Part shown: one piece after another, positions 55,737-64,000 of the stretch
How the letters are laid out: each line of letters begins with the position of its first letter
Numbering within the stretch: the first letter of the stretch is position 1
Source of the DNA: Octopus vulgaris
Taxonomy: Eukaryota
Direction of reading: 5' to 3'
Assembly (NCBI GenBank): GCA_951406725.2
Contig: OX597836.1
Span: forward strand, 7,874,001 to 7,938,000
Length of the DNA stretch: 64,000 nucleotides
The notes under the pieces: generated by a model
What the model was told of the DNA's origin: nothing
The model's input: only the letters and a program-made list of their open reading frames with translations
Databases searched by the model: none
Position numbers and translations under genes: made by a program

Positions 55737-55781
<45 letters not shown>

Positions 55782-55800
55782 AGATATATACATGTATGCT

Positions 55801-56135
55801 GAGACCTCCTTCGGTCATAATTGACCATGGGATTGCATCTAAAAAGTTACCCTCCCGGACACAAGTCTGGGCAAGATTGTTTTATGGATGACCAGCAGTC
55901 GTCCATGCATACCGGCCTTCCCTCTCCATGCCACCAGTGTTATTCAAGGGAAAGGTAAAGGTTGATACAGCTTGGCACCTGTAATGTCGCAACTCATTTC
56001 TACAGATGAGTGAACTGGAGCAACGTGAAATAAAGTGTCTTGCTCAAGAACACAACACGCAGCCCAGTCCAGGATTTGAACTCACAGCCTCACGATCGTA
56101 AACTCGAGGCTCTAACCACTGAGCCATGCGCCTTC
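55801..56135 (-). mobile_element. tRNA-derived SINE, family D (full length)
   Basis: Minus strand GAAGGCGCATGGCTCAGTGGTTAGAG...GAGTTCAAATCCT; homologous to 6347-6610. Confidence 0.8.
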
Positions 56136-59100
56136 ACATACATATATACAACAGGCTTCTTTTAGTTTCCGTCTGCCAAATCCACTCACAAGGCTTAGGT
56201 TGGGCCAAGGTGCCACGCAGTGGGACTGAACCCGGAACCATGTGGTTGGTAAAGAAGCTACTTACCACACAGCCACTTCTATATATTATAAAGATATATA
56301 TATATATATATATTATAATGATACATGCATATATATATACTAGCAGCTAAGTCCAGTTTCACCCAGTCTGTTTGGATGATGTGGCTGTGATCATTTTCGG
56401 TTAGACAATGTACAACAGCATTACTCAACCTTATCAGTTTAGGTCCCCGGTTTTGATTGGAGCCTCTAGCTGTATGAAAATTCCCTGATCCCCCCACCCC
56501 ACCCCATCAGAAAACTGCTTCAGGAGTTGTGAAGAACAAATCTGTACGTAGTCTGTTTCTGAGAGTTATTTCTATCGGGCCTCTGTCTAATCATTAAAAC
56601 ATTGATTTAATTATGAAAATAGAAAGAAATTAGTTTTGTAAGCAGTTGTATCTGTAAAAATTTTATTTGCAGAGAACAGAAATTGAAAGAAGATATATGA
56701 AATGGACGTGTGTGTGCGCTTGCCCGTGTGTATGTGAGAGAGAAAGAGGGTGAGAAAGAGAGAGTGTGAGTGAGTGAAGGTGTGTGTCGTGATGATTGAC
56801 GTCTTTTAAGGTACACACACATACATAGAAAATTTGAGGTCATTGTATAAAATTTTTATAGTTGATTTATGGAAAACATTATGTTAAATTTTTGAAATGC
56901 AAATATATGAATGAAAATTAAGTTCAGACCCCTACATGGTAGCTAGACCTGGTAGAAATAGCAGCAAATCTCCCTCAAAATACCCTACTATCTTAATCCG
57001 ACAATTCTGTCTATTATGTAGTTTGAATGAGAAACTGTAACTAAAGATTACGATTATTAACCCCACAAAGAGGTGAAAGAAGAGAGACAGCTTAGCGAAA
57101 GTTTTGGCTCACTGTCATCCTGTACCCCCCTTGTTGCTAGCGAAATGGTATATGCTGGCTGTGTGAGCAACTAGTTGTTTTAATGGTGGAACAAACAAGA
57201 GAATTCCATTAGAAAAGTTTTAATTGATTTTCTCGGTAACTATGGGGGCTAGGAAAAAAATACAAAGTGCATTCCAATCTATGCACCCGTCTCCACATGT
57301 GTGCCATTTTTCCATGTGAATCCACTCAGCCGTTTGGCTGTGAACCTCAAGACAAGAAAGAATACAACGATCGCCCATGTCCAATTTATCTTATAGATTA
57401 TTAGTATAAAGAGACACACACACACGTGTGTGAGTGTTTCCCTTTGTGATTGAAAACAAGTGTTGCTGTGTTTACATCCCCTTAACCTAACAGTTTAAAC
57501 CAATAGAATAAATACCAGGCTTAAAAAAATAAAAGTAAGGAATCAGTTTCATTTGACTAAAACGTCTTCAAGGCAGTGCCCCAACATGGCCACACAGTAA
57601 TGACTGAAAGAAGTAAAAGATAAAAAATTGCAAATGACTATCCACTGCACTAACAATTCTGTTAACTGACCACTGTTGTCACAGATTATAAACTCATACA
57701 TGTGGGATGGTCACTGCTGGAATGCCTATAATCTTTTTTCTCAAACATATGGTTCTGGGTTCAGTCCCACTGTGTGGCACCTTGGGCAAAAGAGACCGAT
57801 AGAATAAGTACTAGGCTTAAAAAATAAGTCCTGGGGTTGATTTGTTCAACTAAAACCCTTCAAGGCATTGCTCCAGCATGGCTGCATTCAAATGACTGAA
57901 ACAAGTAAAAGAATGGGGAAAAAAATTAATGAATAAGACTACAGTAAATTGCCTTTCCTTTTTTGAAAGGGGAGATTTATCCACTATTTTTAGCATATCA
58001 AGTAACCATGTAGAAGCTTTTGTGGTAGATGTGGAAGAAATCTGTGAGTGAATATTGAGGGGTATGAGGATGCTCTGGAGGGGGGAGGAGGCAGATAACA
58101 ATGACAACAACCATGACAACAGCAACAACAATGACATAAACAACAACGAAAACAAAACAATGACAACAACACGAACAACAATGACAACAATTACAACCAG
58201 ACATTATACAGACCACCCCCTCCCCCCGGACAATGGTCACAACTGAGAGAAAACATGGCATACACAAAGTTTAAATATAAAATTTACACAGAAACTGAAT
58301 TGAACAGTAAATGTTAATTTTGTGACAAAGTTGTTAATAATGTTAATAGTGTAGCAATAGTATATCGTTAATAGAGTAGTAATATAGTGTTGTTAGCAAT
58401 CAAAGCATAAAAGCTCACACTGTTTAACTACTAATAACTAGGATATAAGTGGTTGTATGCATGTATGCATTTGTGTGGGTGGTCTTTAGTGGATTGCATA
58501 ATTATCAACTTTTACAAGACAGTAATGATGACAGCTGGTAGATGGAAACTTCAAAGACCCTTTCAACTTTTCCCTTGTGAAAATTAATATATAATACTCT
58601 ACTAAAAAGTACTGAATAATCCAATTTTGATTTATATTAATTTGTTTTGACATATAATTCCACATAAAAATAACAGATACGATATATATATATATATATA
58701 AAATTATTGTTATTGTTAATTTAGATGGCAGAATAAACAAACACAAAGTAGATAAATTAGATGGACAGAGGAGAAAAAAAAAGAATAAGAAAAACAGAGC
58801 ATAGAGAGAGAAAAAAAAAACAAGCAAATATTGGAAGAGATTATTGAAAGCAAGTTAGGTTATGGATTAAGCAGGGACTGAAACTTTATCAATCCTTTCA
58901 ATATCAAACAGCCTGAGATCATTTCTGATTTTTTGATAGAACACTTTTTGTTTATGTCTAAAGTATTAATTATTTTACGGGCTTCTCTTAAATTCCCGAT
59001 TATTTTCAAAATAATTTAAGCAGTAATAGGCAGCGTATTTTATTAGAAATATGGTTGTGAAAGGGTTAGGCCCTACAAATCGCTAGATTAAACACATTCT

Positions 59101-60120
59101 ATTAATCTACTCGTCACTCAATGATCAACCAACCTAACAAAACAACAGAGCTCTCTTCTCACTGGCTATCCTTAATTAGGAGACGCTAAACCTGGTTCTA
59201 TGACACTGGAAAAGAATGACACCGCTTGTATGACGGTGACTTTTGGGTGTGACTATCATGGACTTCCTTCAATTTCATCATCATCGTTTAACGTCCGTTT
59301 TCCATGCTAGCATGGATTGGATGGTTCAACCGGGGTCTGGGAAGCCAGGAGGCTGCACCAGGCTCCAGTCTGGTCTGGCAGTGTTTCTACTCTCCCAAAT
59401 CCACTCACAAGTCTTTGGTCAGCTGAGGTCAAAGTAGAGACTAACCCAAGGTGCCACCCAGCTCCTTGTCCCCTCGCATAGACAACAGTTTATCACAGAG
59501 GATTTTAGTACTAGATGAATCACATGGTAAAAACCAGCTGTGACTAGTCAATGAACAAGCCATGATGTAGTCATTCAACTTAAATAGCAAAAAAAAAATC
59601 TCCATCAAATCATATGCTACAATCTTAGTAAAAGAGTGACACACTTGATAATACACATATTTGTGTGTGTAATACTGGAGAGAGTGATTTGATGATCATG
59701 GCTGATCTATGTACTAAACAACAACAAAACAGAAAGTGGTTCGAGGTAACAGGCACAAGAGTTGCTCTGTGGTTAAGTTTGCTTCCCAGCTATGTTTTCA
59801 GGTTCAGTTCCATGAGGCATCTACAGTAGCTCTGGGATGCCCAAAATATTGTGAGTAGATTTGGTTTACAGAAGCACACAGAAGGAAAAAAAATAATATG
59901 GATTATCTTGAATTCATCATTTATCTTTTGCTTGTTTCAGTCATTGGACTGCAGCCAAGCTGGGGCACTGCCTTGAAGAATTTTAGTTGAACGAATCAAA
60001 CATTGTACATTTTTTTTTGTAAAGCCTGGTACTTAGTTAGTCGCTATTGTTTTAAAAAAAGAAACATGGAAAAAAAACCCATGAAAATAAAGATAGAAAA
60101 GAACAAAAAAGAGAAACATG

Positions 60121-60151
<31 letters not shown>

Positions 60152-60321
60152 TGAAGAAGAGAAAGAGATAGAATCAGCATTGCGATACAGTGTTACCATC
60201 GGTGGTAATGAACGAAGTGAGGGAAGGGAGACAAGCTAGGTTAACTAAAATGTTTGAGTTCATTTTTATATTATTATTATTTTTTTTAGTTTTATAATGT
60301 AACGGTTTGGGTGCGATTTAC

Positions 60322-60576
60322 CTGCGATTCTTCACCACGTTCTTTGGTGTCGTCAGCATCGTTAGGGCTGTGGTGGGTGTCGTTATCCCCTGCTACTCCA
60401 CCACCAACTCCACTGTCAACACTGACACACCCACTGTCGCCAGTCAGGCCCTTGTCCAGACACGTAGCTATAAAACTGGTCGTGTGGCCGTTAGGAATGT
60501 GACCGTTTAAACCACTGGAGACTCGGTAACCATTAATTGGTGTTCCGCTAGAAGTAAACATCAAGTGCCCTCCACC
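60322..60576 (-). CDS. PRTG: protogenin-like receptor, cytoplasmic exon
   Basis: ttttgtag|GGT...CAG|gtaaat, 255 nt, phase 0 to 0; GGGHLMFTSSGTPINGYRVSSGLNGHIPNGH...EESQ. Confidence 0.78.
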
Positions 60577-61983
60577 CTACAAAATACAAACAGTAAACGT
60601 TGACGAGAGAAATGACGGAAGCCAGTGTAACAGTCGAGAGGGAGGAAGAGAGAGAGAGAAAGAGAGGCAGATAGAGAGAGAGAGAGAGAGAGCAGGGTGG
60701 AAACATTATTTAGATTATAAGTTTTCATTTGTGCTCGTCACAGTGAAAGACAGAAGGATACTAGGGCAACGTGATGGTGCTAGTGATGAAGGTTTAAACA
60801 TCTATTGTGTGTATGTGTGTGTACATATATAAATTTGTGCAGCCTTGTGTCTCCAAATGCCTTCCCATTGAAATTTGAGAGAGCGCGGGGTGTGCATAAT
60901 GGTGCAAAATAGTACTTTGAATTAGACCCTGTTATTTCAACAGGTTAAGTCTGCTATTCAATAACCAGATCAATAAAATAAGTACCGGCCATATTGGGGC
61001 AAATATGATCAATGAAAGCACAATATATATAATGGTATGCTGCTGGCACACACCACTTCTAGGGTTGCACTCAATTCATGAGGTCTCAGATTGAATGGCA
61101 ATAAGGAAGGGTATCCATCCAAGAAAAACAGTGAGGCCTGGTGGTTTCCTTTTGCTGTATGTCAGATAGGATGAAGGATCACAATATCAGGGTGAGACAC
61201 TGTACTGGGATGTGAACTGGCAATGAAGAAGCTGATGAAGAAGATAATGATATACATAATCACACACCATACACATTAAAAGAGGATTTAGAAATTCGAG
61301 TGAATTATCTAACGAGATGAACATGGATTGCAAAGCATGTGTTGCAATACTACATAATCATCGATATTCATGATGTGTCTAAGCCATGTATTGTTGGAAC
61401 AATCATAATGAAGGATTAAATGTAATACTATCAGCTCCATTCTTGCTCTCACAATAAATTAACATAAATTTTCAATGCTGGCAAAGTAAATTCCATTGTC
61501 TCGACCACGGTCGAACAATGATGATGATGAAAGATTGAACAGTTTGACAAGGCCAGAGGTTGCACCATTTTCCACCATCTGTCTTGGCATGGTTTCTACA
61601 GCTGGATGCCCTTCACAAAGCCTATCACTTTATAGAATGTACCAGGTGTTTTTTATGTGGCATCATCTGTAGTGTTGGGCAGGGGGTGGGACACCAGCAC
61701 CAGTACTAGAATGCTATTGCAAATAGGCTAGGCATAAAATATATAAAGATATATATCATATAGTGTTTCAAAAATTATAAAATTTCCATCAATTTCTTTT
61801 ATTTATGGTTCAGTCAAAGGAGAAAGGGTAGCACCTATGCCCTTTTCAAGACCCTGTAAAGACTATTGAAGGTAGGAGGAAACAAGTAAAAAAAAAGGTG
61901 AAAAGTTAATCTGTCTTAATTTAATTAATGGAAGAAGATGAGATGATTCTACTATCCCACCCCCACTAACATTGCAGTGAATG

Positions 61984-62016
<33 letters not shown>

Positions 62017-63060
62017 TATAGAAACTACCACCCACCACTACATGTTTATCCAAAGTGAGAGGAGCAATTTGAAGACAAAGGAAAACTCACAAAAACTAAA
62101 TAGTTATTCATCATTGTTTAACACTGATTTCTCTGAGCTAGAATGGTTTGGATGGTTCAACTGGAACCAAGAAACCAAAGGACGACTGCACTGAGCTCTA
62201 ATGTTTGGTCTGGGCATGATCTTTACACCTGGGTGCCCTTCCTAATGCCATATATCCACCATAAACAGTTAAGAGGTAAGTTCAGTGAATATATTTATTT
62301 AACCACTGGATATCCGTAGGATTACAGCTGTTTCACAACCTTTTTCATGTACCAGTTATTTCAGTGTATAATCAATTATTTTACATGTCTACACCAGTAT
62401 GCACGCTACATATTGCACAGTACAATTGTGCATTGACAAATCAATGCAGATGCAGAAGGCTTGCTCTTCAGATTACCAGATCACCAAATCATCAACTCTG
62501 CATATACATACAAAATTATTCTTTATGTAATATAAATAAATACTCCTCTTGAAATAATTTCATAGACTGGATCTCCTAGATTTCAGCTGTATGGAACTCT
62601 ACATTATACTCCTCTGTATTGGATTACTATGTGGTCTGCTAGCCAGGTCCAGTAGAGAAGCTTTCTGTGATATCCACAAGATTCTATGAATTCATATATT
62701 GCACTACAAATTTATATATCCACACAACCTATCAGAAGTGTGTGAGGGAGCTGTTCTGTCTAACTTGTACATGGAATAAAAGTGAGCAGGAAAATGGCAT
62801 GACAAGCAACAAGGGTGGGGGGGATGCTGACGCCTCAAACTCTGGCTTGGTGGACAAAGATGGATGGATGGTCATGCATGGAGGGACTGGTGAACAACAA
62901 CAAAAACAACAACTGCAACTACAAAAAGCAATATTTCCACTAAAGCAAAAGATGAAAAAACATTTACAGGCAATACGAATTGATGAAATAACTGTCCAGT
63001 TTGTTAATATTTAAAACACAATGGCAGAAGTGTTTTCTAAACTTGTCAAAGCTTGCTTAC

Positions 63061-63211
63061 CTTTGCATCAGAATTCTCATTTTCTGAGAGTCGGATAAGC
63101 ATAGGAGTTCGAGATTCCAGTTCATGCATTCCAGTCAAATTGGTGTGATTTGGTCCGTGGCCGTTGCTTCTGATATGACTATCAAGGGCCAGATTCTGTC
63201 TTTTGCACCAT
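63061..63211 (-). CDS. PRTG: protogenin-like receptor, juxtamembrane exon
   Basis: ctctcatag|A...AAG|gtaagc; WCKRQ...HELESRTPMLIRLSENENSDAK. Joined to the next exon it gives DAKGGGHLMF, recalling the vertebrate protogenin DAKGGTDLII motif. Confidence 0.78.
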
Positions 63212-63303
63212 CTATGAGAGAGGGGTGGGGGTGGGGTGGAAGAGAAAGTAAAGTTTAATCAACAACTAAATAATTAAGACATTGCCAAACTACATAATTA
63301 AAC

Positions 63304-63529
63304 TAGTGGTTCTCAAACAGATTCCACATAAGATTTTGTTATCAAAATTTTGGTGCAATAAATTGGTTTATACTTTAACACAAAATATTTCAAGAATTTA
63401 ATACAATCCCTAATAATATTTCATTGTAAAAATATAAGATTTTTTAAACATGGAATGGTTACGAGAGTCCACTAAAGTAAAATAAAAAAACAAGGAAGTC
63501 CAAAGGCAAAAAATTATTGAGAACCAATG
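63304..63529. mobile_element. hAT-type MITE in an intron of the protogenin-like gene
   Basis: TIRs TAGTGGTTCTCAA / TTGAGAACCAATG; 8-bp TSD AATTAAAC / TATTAAAC. Confidence 0.7.
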
Positions 63530-63697
63530 TATTAAACAAACCAAAACTATGGGAGGTACCTGTTTGTCAGCAAGACATCCAGTAGTTAACCAAGGTTGAG
63601 AGATGAAGACAACCTCAGACACTCAAAACATCCACTCAAGAGTAAACATTTTTTTTTGTAACAAGACATAAAACTAATAAGTGCATTTACTTCTTAC

Positions 63698-63800
63698 CTG
63701 TGTTGGAAACATCCAATGAAGATGGTGATGAGGATGCAGATTACGAGAACGGCACCAATGATGATCCCAGCATGGGATGTTGTGAAACCATGACTGGAGG
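63698..63800 (-). CDS. PRTG: protogenin-like receptor, transmembrane exon
   Basis: tttgtgtag|CC...CAG|gtaaga, phase 1 to 2; SSHGFTTSHAGIIIGAVLVICILITIFIGCFQHR is a single hydrophobic helix followed by basic residues. Confidence 0.8.
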
Positions 63801-64000
63801 CTACACAAACGAGCAAAAGAAAGAATGTTGAAACCCCAACCTGCTAGGAACAGATGCCAAATAGTCATAGAATCACATCTTATTGTCTTAGAAAATAGAA
63901 AGGAAGAGTCTAGGATAATGTTATGTTTGGTTTAATATGTCAAGAAAACATTGACAGGATTATCACAGATGGGGAAAGCTAATCAGCAGAAGTCTGCGCT

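Noticed and set aside
56339-57400. Possible Helentron/HINE-like non-autonomous elements (ACTAGC start, TTATAG(AT) ends); similar near 9870-10105
   Set aside because: Sub-terminal inverted repeats could not be verified by eye.

Overview
Eukaryotic, AT-rich, SINE- and microsatellite-dense DNA. The repeat families look like those of Octopus (inference, not a database match). Two spliced genes converge. On the + strand are the last seven coding exons of WDR13 (13650-29914); one intron carries U12 (minor spliceosome) signals and another holds a 4.6-kb purine-pyrimidine alternating array. On the - strand are the transmembrane and cytoplasmic exons of a protogenin-like receptor (63800-54485). Between them, a CpG-retaining block at about 32.7-34.4 kb has a perfect 21-bp inverted repeat and two spliceable exons that would encode a 37-aa CCHC/CxxC microprotein. 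The rest is transposon debris: CR1-group and RTE LINE fragments, a decayed mariner, hAT, pogo-like and piggyBac-like MITEs, and at least four SINE-like families. Several fold-back elements carry degenerate minimal hammerhead ribozyme cores of the Penelope-like type. Almost all long ORFs in the track are microsatellite artefacts. All alignments and translations were done by eye.
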